Source: an uncultured delta proteobacterium (GTDB lineage Bacteria; Desulfobacterota; Binatia; HRBIN30). From it: a DNA stretch of 64,000 nucleotides. The stretch covers positions 386,801-450,800 of the forward strand of contig CAVSQF010000039.1 in assembly GCA_963729835.1 (NCBI GenBank), read 5' to 3'. Of this stretch, positions 13,105 to 28,288 are shown in pieces. A program made the position numbers and the translations under genes. The notes below the pieces were generated by a model. That model was not told the origin of the DNA, ran no database searches, and was given only the letters and a program-made list of their open reading frames with translations. Within the stretch, counting starts at the first letter, position 1. Every line of letters begins with the position of its first letter.

Positions 13105-13182
13105 TCAGGGTTCGAAGGGGTCTGGGGTCCGAGGGTTCAAGGGCCCTGCTCCCTGGATAGAATTCCCCTCGAACCCTTCCCG
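13105..13182. terminator. Composite hairpin between convergent usp and holA genes (GGGTTCGAAGGGG / CCCCTCGAACCC with internal degenerate repeats)
   Basis: cagggttcgaaggggtctggggtccgagggttcaagggccc ... gaattcccctcgaaccc. Confidence 0.5.
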
Positions 13183-14546
13183 CGGCACCAATGAATTACG
13201 AACGCTTCCAACAATAGCGCCGGCTCGGCGCGCGACGATTTCAGACGCAAATCGAGATCCGCGAGGCGCGCCAGCGTGTCCCGCAAGACGCGCGCTCCAG
13301 TATGCGCGGCATCCTGAAATCGACGGTAGAGGACAAACGGGTGCGCATTCCCGAAGGCCTGACGGGTTTCGGCGCCGATCCGGGGAAGAACATTGGCTTG
13401 AAACGCATTGAATTGCAGGTCACGCCACCTTCCGCCGAGGTCGGCATCGATGCTCTCCCGCGCCAGCAACAGCATACGAATCTCCCGGGCGATCATTGCC
13501 AGCAGTCGCAACGGCGGCTCGCCTTGCTCGATCAACCCGTGCAACAACGGCAACGCGCGCTCGATTTGCCGGCCCGCCAACGCTCCGGTGAAGTCGAAGA
13601 TCCACGACTCGGCCATGTCGCGCAGCACCGACCGGACGTCATCTTCGGTGATCGTTGGCCGCTCGCCGACGTACAAGCAGAGCTTCTCCACCTCCATCGC
13701 AAGCATCGCCGCATCGGTACCCGCACGACGGATAATGATCTCATGCGCCGCGGGAGCCAGGCCTTTCCCGAACGCTCGCGTCGTACGCGCCACCAGATCA
13801 TCGATGCTTTCCCGGCTCAGCGCCCCGCTGCGCTCACGTGCCGTGACCAAGGAAACGAAACCGCCGAGCTCGGCAAGTCGTTTGACGATGCGCTTGCGCG
13901 CGTCGACAGCAGAGGCGGTGAATACCGCGACCGTGTCCGCTGGCATACCGCGATCGACAAACTCCAGGAACGCGCCGCTGTCGTCACGGTAGCCACTGAC
14001 GCGCAGATCACGCGCCACGCAGACGGCCTGCATGGCGTCGAGTTGAGCGAGTTGTTCGGCATTCACATCGGCCCCGAAAACCTCGCGGATGCGCGTCTTC
14101 GGCATGCGCGACCAACGGGCGGCGCAAAACTGCTCCTGCGGCCATCCGACCATCCCCACCATGGTGAGCAGCTTCTCCGTCGCATCCTGCTCGCGGCCTT
14201 CATTCCAGGCAGTGAACATCGCCGCAGCGATGTCGCCGCGCTTCTCACCGGAAAGGAACAGGGTGCTCTCGCGCACCCAGACGACCTTCGTCCCAGCGAA
14301 AAATCCCGGAGTCCGCAGACTGTCCAGCACGGTCGCTAACGGCGTGGTGCGGCCGTCATAGACTTCGAGATTGAAGGCCCGGTGGGATTGCGGCACGAGC
14401 GTGTCGATCAACGCCTGCGCTGCGGCGCGCGTCTCGTGCGGCTCGCCAGCCAGGAGATACACCGGCCGATAGTCGCCGGCCGCCGCAGCGCGCATCAGCG
14501 CAGCCCATTCCCCGTGGCGCGTAGCCGGCCCAACCGGTGCACTCAT
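13137..14546 (-). CDS. holA: DNA polymerase III delta subunit (HolA-like, long form)
   Basis: Delta N-domain pattern YLLAGEPHE near the N-terminus. The C-terminal helical region (ALPLLHGLIEQGEPPLRLLAMIAREIRMLLLARES) resembles the E. coli HolA C-domain. Confidence 0.65.
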   Translation of the reverse strand: MSAPVGPATRHGEWAALMRAAAAGDYRPVYLLAGEPHETRAAAQALIDTLVPQSHRAFNLEVYDGRTTPLATVLDSLRTPGFFAGTKVVWVRESTLFLSGEKRGDIAAAMFTAWNEGREQDATEKLLTMVGMVGWPQEQFCAARWSRMPKTRIREVFGADVNAEQLAQLDAMQAVCVARDLRVSGYRDDSGAFLEFVDRGMPADTVAVFTASAVDARKRIVKRLAELGGFVSLVTARERSGALSRESIDDLVARTTRAFGKGLAPAAHEIIIRRAGTDAAMLAMEVEKLCLYVGERPTITEDDVRSVLRDMAESWIFDFTGALAGRQIERALPLLHGLIEQGEPPLRLLAMIAREIRMLLLARESIDADLGGRWRDLQFNAFQANVLPRIGAETRQAFGNAHPFVLYRRFQDAAHTGARVLRDTLARLADLDLRLKSSRAEPALLLEAFVIHWCRGKGSRGILSREQGP

Positions 14547-14691
14547 GCGCCCGGTCTATAGCGCTCAGGCTGCTAGAAGTCACTGTGGCCGGAACGCCGA
14601 CATGATTGACAAGCTCCAGGCCCACAGATACGGGTACCTTATGTACCAAGAAGCGTCCGTGACTGCGGCACGGATCCACCGCGTGCCATCG

Positions 14692-15717
14692 ATGCAGGCA
14701 TACGTTCTGGTGCGCCCAGGGGAGATCGAGCTGTGCGAGCTGCCGCGGCCGGTCCCCGGACCTGACGAGGTCGTGGTGCGTGTGGGTGCGGCGCTGACTT
14801 GCGGAACGGACGTCAAGGCCTTCCTGCGCGGGCACCCGAAGTTCCCGATGCCGACGCCGTTCGGTCACGAATTCTCCGGCGAGGTCGCCGCAGTCGGCTC
14901 CCGCGTGCGCCGCTTCCGCGAAGGCGACGGCATCATGGCGGTGCCGACGGCGCCGTGTGGGGTGTGTTACTACTGCCACCGCCAGCAGGAGAATTTGTGC
15001 GAGACGGTCATGGACACGATGGTGCTCGGCGCATACGCCGAGTACCTCAAGCTCCCTGGACGTCTCGTAACCGTCAATGCCTATCCGAAGCCGGCAGGTG
15101 TACCGGCTGCGGTGGCGGCACTTTTGGAGCCCCTGGCCTGCGTCCTGCACGGCCTGGAATCGGTTGCCCTGCGGCGCGATGATGTCGCGGTCTTGATCGG
15201 CGCCGGAGCCATCAGCCTGCTCCACTTGCTGGTGCTGCGCGCCGTGGGGCTGGAGCGTATTCTCGTCATCGGGCGCCGGCCGCAGCGCGCGCAGTACGCC
15301 AAACAGCTCGGGGCCGATGCCGTCGTGCTTGGAGGAATACCCGCGGGACGTGATCAGGTCCTGGCGTACACCCGTGGCCGCGGCGCCGACCTGGTGATCG
15401 AATGCACGGGACAAATCGAGGTCTGGGAGGCGGCACCTGCTCTGGCACGCCGGGGCGGGCAGGTCGTGTTATTCGGGGGGTGTCCTCCGGGGGCGCAGGC
15501 GTGCTTCGACACCCAACGGCTGCACTACGACCAGCTGCGGATCACCAGTCCTTTCCACTTCACGCCTCGCGCGGTGCGGCGCGCTTACGACATGCTCACC
15601 TCGGACACCTTCGAGGCTGAAGCCTTGATCAGCGGCCTCTACCCTCTCAAGGATCTCGCGCAGGCACTGGCAGAGCACCAGCGCGGGGACGGGATCAAGT
15701 TCGCGGTAGTGCCATGA
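14692..15717 (+). CDS. Zn-dependent medium-chain alcohol/threonine-type dehydrogenase
   Basis: Catalytic Zn ligands are present: the first Cys in LTCGTDV, FGHEFSG and the structural Cys cluster CGVCYYCHRQQENLC. Rossmann motif LIGAGAISL is present. 341 aa from Met at 14692. Confidence 0.85.
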   Translation: MQAYVLVRPGEIELCELPRPVPGPDEVVVRVGAALTCGTDVKAFLRGHPKFPMPTPFGHEFSGEVAAVGSRVRRFREGDGIMAVPTAPCGVCYYCHRQQENLCETVMDTMVLGAYAEYLKLPGRLVTVNAYPKPAGVPAAVAALLEPLACVLHGLESVALRRDDVAVLIGAGAISLLHLLVLRAVGLERILVIGRRPQRAQYAKQLGADAVVLGGIPAGRDQVLAYTRGRGADLVIECTGQIEVWEAAPALARRGGQVVLFGGCPPGAQACFDTQRLHYDQLRITSPFHFTPRAVRRAYDMLTSDTFEAEALISGLYPLKDLAQALAEHQRGDGIKFAVVP

Positions 15718-15721
15718 GGCG

Positions 15722-16747
15722 ATGAAGGTCGCCCGCCTGTACGATTACCTCGACGTTCGCGTGGAAGATGCGCCCGTGCCACGCCCCGGCCCGCGGGAAG
15801 CACTGGTGCGCACGCGGGCGTGCGGCGTCTGTTCCGGCGACGTGGTCGCGTGGTACATCCGCAAGAAAGTGCCGCTCGTTTTCGGGCACGAACCGGCCGG
15901 CGAGATCGTTGAAGTCGGCGCTGAGGTCTCTCATCTCCAACCGGGCACGCGGGTGTTTGTCCACCATCACGCCCCCTGTCTCCGCTGCAGCTGCTGTCGC
16001 CGCGGCGAGTTCGTTCAGTGCCGTGCCTGGCGCGCATCGCAGATCATCCCTGGAGGCATGGCCGAGTACTTCTTGGTGCCCGAAACCAATCTGTTCACCG
16101 ATACGCTGGTGTTGCCGGACAACGTGACGCACGAGGACGGCGCGTTGGTAGAGCCGACCGCGTGTGTCGTCAAATCATTGAATCGCGCCGGCCGGGTCGC
16201 GGACGCGTCCATCCTCGTCATCGGCCTCGGCGTGATGGGCCAGATGCACGTGCTGTTGGCCAAGTATCGCGGCGCGCGGCTCGTGATCGGGGCAGACCTG
16301 GTGCCGGCGCGGTGCGAGCACGCGCGCCGCCTCGGCGCCGATGTGGTGATCGATGCGTCGGCCACCGACTTGCGGGATCAAGTCTTGACCGCCACAAACG
16401 GCGACGGTGCGGAGATCGTCATCGTCGGGCCCGCCACGATCGAGGCCATCGAGATCGGGCTGGCTTGCGTCGCGGACGGCGGCACGGTGGTGCAGTTCAT
16501 GGGCACGCCGCCGGAGGCGCGCCTGCAACTGCCGACGAACGAGGTGTACTTCCGGGAGATCCGGCTCGTTCCCAGCTACTCCTGTGGCCCGGTGGAAACG
16601 CGCGAAGCCTTGCGCAACATTGCCGCGGGCGTCGTCACGGCGCAGCACGTCGTGACGCATCGGTTTCCCCTCGCGGCAGCGGGCGAGGCGTACCGCGTCG
16701 CCGCTGAGGACAAGTGCGCCATCAAGGCGCTCGTCGTCTTCCCTTGA
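15722..16747 (+). CDS. Zn-dependent medium-chain dehydrogenase, tandem paralogue
   Basis: ACGVCSGDVVAW, FGHEPAGEIVEVG, a CLRCSCCRRGEFVQC structural Zn site and VIGLGVMGQ. Confidence 0.85.
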   Translation: MKVARLYDYLDVRVEDAPVPRPGPREALVRTRACGVCSGDVVAWYIRKKVPLVFGHEPAGEIVEVGAEVSHLQPGTRVFVHHHAPCLRCSCCRRGEFVQCRAWRASQIIPGGMAEYFLVPETNLFTDTLVLPDNVTHEDGALVEPTACVVKSLNRAGRVADASILVIGLGVMGQMHVLLAKYRGARLVIGADLVPARCEHARRLGADVVIDASATDLRDQVLTATNGDGAEIVIVGPATIEAIEIGLACVADGGTVVQFMGTPPEARLQLPTNEVYFREIRLVPSYSCGPVETREALRNIAAGVVTAQHVVTHRFPLAAAGEAYRVAAEDKCAIKALVVFP

Positions 16748-16859
16748 TGCAGGGGCGGTGGCGGCGATCATCCGGCCGGAGTGCAAACCCAGCCGGCATT
16801 TATCAAAAGCACAAAGGGCGATCGCCGCGACCGCCCTTCTGCTATCTGTCGTTCGTTGA

Positions 16860-17120
16860 TTACTTTCTGAGGTGTTTCTGGAACATTGCCTCGCATTTTT
16901 GTGCAGCCGCCTCGGCGCGCTGGGCCGCATCTGACGCGTTACGCGCAGCTGCTTCTGCCTTCGTGGCCGCAGCCTCGGCCCTGACCGCAGCCGCCTCGAC
17001 CCGGGCGGCCATGCCGTCCTCGGCCTTTCCCTTTGACGCACAGCCGGCCATAGCGCCGGCGAGCAGCATGGCGCCAGCAATACTCGCGGCAACCTGTGTT
17101 CTCATTCCAAACCGCATCAT
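16860..17120 (-). CDS. Small Ala-rich lipoprotein
   Basis: MMRFGMRTQVAASIAGAMLLAGAMAGC lipobox, followed by AEAAAxKAEAAA helical repeats. Confidence 0.5.
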   Translation of the reverse strand: MMRFGMRTQVAASIAGAMLLAGAMAGCASKGKAEDGMAARVEAAAVRAEAAATKAEAAARNASDAAQRAEAAAQKCEAMFQKHLRK

Positions 17121-17240
17121 GTCACCTCCTTCCAGCAACGGACCATTCATCATCAGCTAATTGGTATTTCATTGCACAAAATGGTGCCCGCCGCAAGGCC
17201 CGCAACAAAACTGCAAAAAAGACGCTCTGTTGGCGGAAAC

Positions 17241-18149
17241 CTAGAATCCGACGTGTACCTGTACCGTCCCGCTCGGCGGGTGCCCCGGCGGCGTGCGCTT
17301 GAAATCGAGCAACGGCTGCGTATTGGCGTAAACGTCGGGCGAGAGGCGATACGCAAGCGGTTGCTCCGGCGCTTCCACTGCCGCTTGCACCGCAGCCGCC
17401 GGCATCCCTGCGGCACTGGGGCCGGCAGGCGCGTCCTGCGGCGCCAACAGGTGGCCCATCACCGCCGGGTGCAGCACGTTCAGTCCGTCACGCCGGCCGG
17501 TGCCGACGATCTCCGTGCCGTCGAGATATTGGCGGAATTGCGCCTCGTCGAGGCCCTGCGGCGCCGCAGGGAAACGGCCCTTCTGGACCCGCGTATGCAT
17601 CTGCGGACCGACCTGGACGGAGCTGCCGATCACGCCGAGCTTCCCGATGACTTCCACTTCATCCACAATCCCGACGATGTCGCTGGTGTCGGTTTTCGGG
17701 TTGTGCTGCACGATGAACTGCGTGCCACGCACATCCGTAATTGCTGTCGGCGTCTCGACCTCGAACCGCGCACGTGGCTGCTGATAGTAGTGCGCCACCC
17801 AGGCACGGAGCTTCCCGTTCGTCAGCTTCAGCCCGGTCTGAAACTGGCCCGCCGCTTCATCGAAGGTCTGCGTCTCCAGCGTGACCTCGGTATCCGAGCC
17901 CAGGTTCAGAACCGTATCGTCACGGAAAACCAGGGTTGCTCGATCACTCGCTCCCGTCCGGAAGTGATCTCCTACGAACAGCGGGACGCCGATGCTCGCG
18001 CTCTGCCAGCCGACCGCCGCGCGCTGGATCTGTAACGTACCCACCAGTGCCGCCACAGCGCCGGCCTCCGATTGAGCCTGCACGCGCCCCGCCACGATGA
18101 GCAACGCCAGCAGCGGATAGCCCACACTCCCGAGCCTACTCCGGATCAT
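17241..18149 (-). CDS. Secreted FecR-domain protein
   Basis: Signal peptide LLALLIVAGRVQA. FecR-like core GASDRATLVFRDDTVLNLGSDTEVTL. Confidence 0.75.
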   Translation of the reverse strand: MIRSRLGSVGYPLLALLIVAGRVQAQSEAGAVAALVGTLQIQRAAVGWQSASIGVPLFVGDHFRTGASDRATLVFRDDTVLNLGSDTEVTLETQTFDEAAGQFQTGLKLTNGKLRAWVAHYYQQPRARFEVETPTAITDVRGTQFIVQHNPKTDTSDIVGIVDEVEVIGKLGVIGSSVQVGPQMHTRVQKGRFPAAPQGLDEAQFRQYLDGTEIVGTGRRDGLNVLHPAVMGHLLAPQDAPAGPSAAGMPAAAVQAAVEAPEQPLAYRLSPDVYANTQPLLDFKRTPPGHPPSGTVQVHVGF

Positions 18150-18156
18150 ACGTGCC

Positions 18157-19785
18157 TCACAGCGTCACCAATACACCGGCCGAGATGATGAACCGATCAT
18201 AGTCGAATGCCGGGATGTTCGAATTGTTGAGGATACCGATGAACCCCAGGGTCGCGGCGACATGCGTCGTGATCTCGCGTCTGGCATCGACGACAAATTG
18301 ATGCTCCTGGTCATGCCGGCGGAATCCGAAATCGGCGCGGCTATTGGGAAACTGGTAGTCCTCGAGACGGAAGAGATACGCCGCTTGCCCCTGCGCCAGC
18401 GAGAAAATCGGGAAGCTGATGCCGATGTCGAGTTGGTGCGCCTTGTAGTCGAAGTCATGCGCGCCGCAGCCGCCGGTTTGGAAACCCGGCGTACAGATGA
18501 TCTGCTGGTCGTCCGGCGCATGCGCCAGGGTCCCCTCGGCATCGAACTGATAGCCGGCACTCAGCACACGCTCCGGGCTACCCAAGTCGAGGTACTGGCG
18601 CACCCCAAAGGCATGATCGATGGCATCACGCGACGGGTCGAACGGTTTGCGCAGGAAGTCACGACCGCGCGCGGTGTAATACAGCTGCGTCGCCGCGCTG
18701 TCGCCTTCCGCAAAGGACACCCACGGGGTCCCCAGCAGTTCCTGGAAGAAGGATTGGTAGTCGAGTGCGTAAAAGTCGTACACGCCGGAGAGGCCGTAGC
18801 TTACCACTCCCGGCTTCGAGGCCGCATCGAGCCGCACCCGATGCCCTTGCAAGTCGAACTCCGTGAGCTGGAAGTAAACGCTCTGATAGAAATCGTATGC
18901 GCCCCGCAACGTGCCGTAATCGGTGTCGAGGAGCGTGTACGCGCCCCCGGCGCCGATGACGAAGCAACCGTCGTCTTTTCTGCTTATGCCCTCTGCGGTC
19001 TTGAGATCGGAATCGGAGGGCGCCAAGACGACATTCGAATCGTACTGGAACCCGAGCGCTGCTGACAAGGACCAAGGCTTCATTCGCGCCCCTGATGGCG
19101 GCACGGGCGGTTGGCGGACCTCAGCGCCCCCGGCGTAACGCCCCGCCAATTTGCCGATCTCCGACAGTGGCTGCTCGCGGGCGGTCTCCGCAAGGTCCGA
19201 ACGCGCGGCCGCTTCGTCCCTCTGGTGCAGCTCGATCAACCCCGCGTAGTAGTGCGCCGCCGGCCGCAAGTCCGGATCGGCGTTCGCCTCGCTCAGATAC
19301 GTGAGGGCGCTGGCATCTTCACCCAGCCTATACAGCGTCAACCCCAAGAAGAACGCTACCGTAAAACGGTCGTCGCCCTGCTTGTAGGCCCGCTGCAACC
19401 ACACCTTCGCCGCCGGGTATTGACCGGCGTCGAAGTAGGCGATCCCCAGATTCAACCCGGCGTGTGGCAACGATGGATTGAGCTGCAGTGCCTGTTCGAG
19501 ATCACGAATTCCCGCAGCCAGTGCGCCCCGCCGCACCTGCGTCAAGCCGCGGTAATACAGCGGCTCCGGATCAGTGCGGTCCGCATCGACAGCCGCATCG
19601 AACAAGCGATACGCTTGCTCCCACTGCCCGTTGTTGAATGGGATCAAGCCGCGCGCGTAGAGCGCGTGCGACCGTGCATTCGCGGACACCGAGGCGGGCA
19701 GCAGCGCCGTCGCCGCCATCAGCCCACACAGCACGCACAGGGTTTTTCCGACCGATCTCACGCTGACCTCATCTCCGTCACTCAC
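18157..19785 (-). CDS. TPR-repeat protein with C-terminal outer-membrane beta-barrel-like domain
   Basis: N-terminal signal plus TPR helices ([28 protein letters not shown]...). The C-terminal half is rich in alternating aromatic beta-strands. An ATGA overlap couples it to the upstream YVTN gene. Confidence 0.7.
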   Translation of the reverse strand: MSDGDEVSVRSVGKTLCVLCGLMAATALLPASVSANARSHALYARGLIPFNNGQWEQAYRLFDAAVDADRTDPEPLYYRGLTQVRRGALAAGIRDLEQALQLNPSLPHAGLNLGIAYFDAGQYPAAKVWLQRAYKQGDDRFTVAFFLGLTLYRLGEDASALTYLSEANADPDLRPAAHYYAGLIELHQRDEAAARSDLAETAREQPLSEIGKLAGRYAGGAEVRQPPVPPSGARMKPWSLSAALGFQYDSNVVLAPSDSDLKTAEGISRKDDGCFVIGAGGAYTLLDTDYGTLRGAYDFYQSVYFQLTEFDLQGHRVRLDAASKPGVVSYGLSGVYDFYALDYQSFFQELLGTPWVSFAEGDSAATQLYYTARGRDFLRKPFDPSRDAIDHAFGVRQYLDLGSPERVLSAGYQFDAEGTLAHAPDDQQIICTPGFQTGGCGAHDFDYKAHQLDIGISFPIFSLAQGQAAYLFRLEDYQFPNSRADFGFRRHDQEHQFVVDARREITTHVAATLGFIGILNNSNIPAFDYDRFIISAGVLVTL

Positions 19786-22399
19786 GGGCCGATAAACTGG
19801 CCGAACGCCGTTGGTTCGCTTCCCACAGCGACCCTCGCCACCACCGCGTTGCTCCCGGTATCGATGATCGACACCGTGTTGCGGCCCGATTCCGCAACCA
19901 CCACCCGCAGACCGAGCGACTCCACTGCAATACCATACGGTGCCGCCCCCACCGGCACTGACGTCACATTCGCTGAGGACGTATCGATTACGGACACCGT
20001 GTTGTCGTTCAGATTTGTGACGTACACCCGCGCCCCGCTCGGGCTCACGGCAATTCCAGTGGGCAGGCTCCCAACGCTGAAGCTGCGGACGATGGCGCTG
20101 CTGCTGCTCGGATTGCCGGCACTCGTATCGATCTCAGAAACCCGGCCGTTGATCGCACCGTTTGCCACGAAAAGGCGCGTACCGGAGGGATTGGTGGCTA
20201 GGCCAAGCGGTTGGCCGCCAACGGCGATCGTCGCGGTAGCGGTGTTGCTCCCGGTATCGATCACCGACACCGTCTCCTCCCCCGCGTTCGCCACGTACAG
20301 TTGCGTCCGCGTCGGATCCGGGTTCACAACCACTCCCGACGGTGAAGCACCCACCGCGACGGTCGCAATCACCATGTTGCTCGCGGTGTCAATGACCGAG
20401 ACGCTGTTGTCCGACGCGTTGGTCACATAGGCCCGCGTTCCCGCGGCATTCATCGCCACACCGCCCGGCCTGTTGCCAACCCCGATGCTGGCAACGACGG
20501 CGTTGCTCGTGCTGTCGATGACCGAAACCACGCCACTCAGTTCCTTCTGATCGACCACATAGACCCGCGGGGCAACCGGGTTGACCGCCACCCCGGACGG
20601 CCCCTGCCCCACAGCAACCGTATGCACCACTTGGTTGGAGGCCAAATCGACGACGGACACGGTGTGGTCGCCGGCGTTGGTAATGTAAGCCAAACCAACG
20701 ATCGCAGGGGTCGGACTCGGCGTCGCGCTCGGAAGCGATGTCGCCGTAACCGTTGGGGTTGGGCTCGGGCTCGCCGTAGGCGTCCCCGTCGCCGTTGCCG
20801 TCGGTGTCTCGCTGGCGGTGGCGCTGGGCGTGGCGCTGCCGGTCACAGTCGGGGTGCCCGTCGCGGTCACGGTCGGGGTATCGGTCGCCGTCGGCGACGG
20901 CGATGCGGTAGCGGTTTCACTCGGCGTCAACGTGGCGCTCGCTGTGGCGCTCTGCGTCGGTGTCGTTGTCGGTGAGGCGGTTTCGCTCGGCGTCTCCGTC
21001 GGCGTCTCCGTCGCGGTGATCGTCGGCGTATCCGTCGGCGGCGAGGTGTTGGTGATCGTGGGCGTTGGAGTGCTCGTACCCGTGATTGTCGCCGTCGGCG
21101 TCTCACTCGGTGTCAGTGTCTCGGTCGCCGTCGCGGTGATCGTCGGCGTATCCGTGGGGGGCAGCGTCTCGGTAACGGTGGGAGTCACAGTTGGTGATGG
21201 CGTATCTGTCGGCGTATCCGTTGCCGTGGCGGTGCCGGTGATCGTTGGCGTCGCTGATGGCGGCGCTGTTTCCGTAGGCGTTTCGGTGACCGTAGCGGTG
21301 GCGGTAATCGTCGGCGTCAAAGAACTCGTTGGCGTTGGTGTCCGCGTACCGGTCATCGAGGCGGTCGCGGTTGGGGAGTGTGTCGGTGAGCTCCGAAGCG
21401 TACTCGTGGGGGTACGAGTGGCAGTTTCGCTAAGAGTCGGAGTCTGCGTTGGTGAAGCCGTCAGCGGCGTGCCAACTGTAAAGGTGGCAGTCGATGAGGG
21501 CGTCGCGGTTACCGAGGTTGCCGTCGCCGTGGGGGTGAGGACCGCCGCACCCGTCGTGAAGGTGTAATGGAACCCGGCAAAGGAACGGGTCGGGTCCGTC
21601 GCGCTGGCGCTTACGACAACTTCCACGGCCTGGTTCGGTGCGAATGGTGTTTGCGGCACCAACGCGAAACGGAATCCGCCGTCGCTCGAATCAAGCACGG
21701 CGCCCGGCTGTTGTACGCTGCCTTGCTGGACGACAACGCTGCCAGCGACGCTGATATCGATCGTGTTGACATCGACGGCACCGCCGTCGATCGTGAGCAG
21801 AAATGAGATGGGCGCGTTTCTCGGTACATCAACAGCCCCGGGCAAGGGCGTGAGGTCATGTGCAATATATGGCTCCGGCAAGGCCGTGAGGGTACCCGCA
21901 TCCGCTGTCCGTCCCTGCGGCACGGTAACCTGAACCGGCGCACTCTCGTACGATGGTGGGATACCGAGCCCGATCAGCCCTAGTACATCGGAAGGCGTAT
22001 CGTATCCGAGCACTTGCACCGTGGCCGGCCCAATTGGCACGCCCGCGATCGTCGCGCTGGGCTGCTGCCGCGGGTCGACGAACGATCGCAGTTGGCTCCC
22101 GTGCGCAGGGTCGATACGAATCTCCACCTGCGAAACGCTGGCCGGCACGGTTTCGGTACCTCGAGTTGCGGTTGAGACTGCGCAGCGGAGACCGGCACCG
22201 GCGCTTTCTCCCACAGTACCCGCAACGCTACCGAACCCGTCCCCGTCCCGTTCGAGGCGCTCCCGCCCCCGCCGCATCCGGCGCACAGAAGCGCCCCCAG
22301 GAGGCCTATCACGCCGGCCGTGCGTAATGGACTCAAGAGGAGGCAACGGCATAGCGACGAAAACAGGGGCTCCAAGCGGCTCTCCTTTTTCCTAAACAT
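19782..22399 (-). CDS. YVTN-family beta-propeller repeat lipoprotein with Thr-Pro linker, interrupted by a 1-nt frameshift in a G-run near 22235
   Basis: The lipoprotein signal [46 protein letters not shown] (ORF 21980-22399) is in a different frame from the body ORF (19782-22352). The two meet at cgggacggggacggg. The C-terminus carries about seven YVTN/NHL-like repeats ([34 protein letters not shown] ...). Confidence 0.65.
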
Positions 22400-22457
22400 T
22401 GACCCGAATACACCACGGCCTCAGAGGACGTCAAGCTTGGATTCCTGTTATTTTGGG

Positions 22458-27303
<4,846 letters not shown>

Positions 27304-27304
<1 letters not shown>

Positions 27305-27609
27305 TGCGTGCGCCAATGACCGCGCCTCCACCACCACGCGCTCGGCTGCATGTGCGGATCACCGGACGCGTGCAGGGAGTCGGATTCCGCTATGCGGCCG
27401 TTTTCGAAGCCCGCCAGCTCGGCGTGACGGGCTGGGTGCGCAATGCCTATGACGGCGGCGTCGAGCTGGTCGCCGAAGGCCCCGAGCCGCCGCTGCGGCG
27501 GCTCGCGACCTGGTGCCACGCTGGCCCGCCGGGCGCGCTCGTCACCGGCGTCGAGGAACAATGGCTCTCCCCCACCGGCGAGTTCGACGGGTTCCGAATC
27601 GTATATTGA
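27304..27609 (+). CDS. acyP: Acylphosphatase
   Basis: VRITGRVQGVGFRYAAVFEARQLGVTGWVRNAYDGGVELVAEG. ATGA overlap with the ligA stop. Confidence 0.85.
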
Positions 27610-27705
27610 TTGGATGATTGAGTGATTGAGTGATTGAACGATTCGGTGATTTTCTCTCCGGAGCAATCAAACAATCAGACAATCCTCCAATCGGCAATCG
27701 ATTTG
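27606..27705. terminator. Tandem-octamer hairpin (TGATTGAG)x3-4 paired with (CAATCNNA)x4 downstream of ligA-acyP
   Basis: ttgattggatgattgagtgattgagtgattgaacgattcggtgatt ... caatcaaacaatcagacaatcctccaatcggcaatcg. Confidence 0.6.
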
Positions 27706-27821
27706 ACACGCCCGCCCGGCACCCGTACTCTGATCCTACCCCGAGCGTCCTCCCGCTGCGCGCGTGCGACGGCGCATTTGTGGTCTGGCGGAATTCACAC
27801 GCATCGTGGGCGGAGGACAGA

Positions 27822-28166
27822 ATGACGAGAGCTGAAATTCAGGAACTGCTGACCACATTGATGCGGGGCATCGACAAAAAGACGGCGCTGACAGTTGAGT
27901 ATCACGAAGACACGGAGCACCCGGGCGCAACGGTACACCTCTCGCGCGACAAGCGCACGGCGACCCTGTGGATCACCGAAGCGGACCTGCTCGCCAGCCA
28001 GACGGGCCTCATGCAGCGCAACCGCGCGCGCACGGCGCTGAAGCGGGCGCGCGATCGCATGTGGGAAGAACCGGGCCATATCTTCAGCACCAAGACGGAG
28101 CACCAGGCGCTCGAGGGGGCGACGCACTTCTTCCGCCCGATGCAAGGCGGCCGCGGCCGGCGCTGA
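27822..28166 (+). CDS. Hypothetical 114-aa protein
   Basis: RBS ggaggacag precedes ATG 27822. No recognisable domain. Confidence 0.4.
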   Translation: MTRAEIQELLTTLMRGIDKKTALTVEYHEDTEHPGATVHLSRDKRTATLWITEADLLASQTGLMQRNRARTALKRARDRMWEEPGHIFSTKTEHQALEGATHFFRPMQGGRGRR

Positions 28167-28186
28167 GGCGAGAGCACACCGTGAGA

Positions 28187-28282
28187 GGTCAAGAGTCAGG
28201 AGTTAGGAGTCGGGAGCCGGAATGGTCGGAGCATTCTGACTCCTCACTCCTGACTCCCGACTCCTAGCTCCCGTCTCCTCTC
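28187..28282. terminator. Bidirectional tandem-heptamer hairpin between convergent genes (GTCAGGAG/TTAGGAG/TCGGGAG paired with CTCCTCA/CTCCTGA/CTCCCGA/CTCCTAG)
   Basis: agagtcaggagttaggagtcgggagccgg ... ctgactcctcactcctgactcccgactcctagctcc. Confidence 0.6.
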
Positions 28283-28288
28283 CCTCCC

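Noticed and set aside
16175-17092. 305-aa minus-strand ORF
   Set aside because: It lies antisense to the second Zn-dependent dehydrogenase.
19111-20430. 439-aa plus-strand ORF
   Set aside because: It lies antisense to the YVTN and TPR genes. Low-complexity Arg/Pro-rich product.
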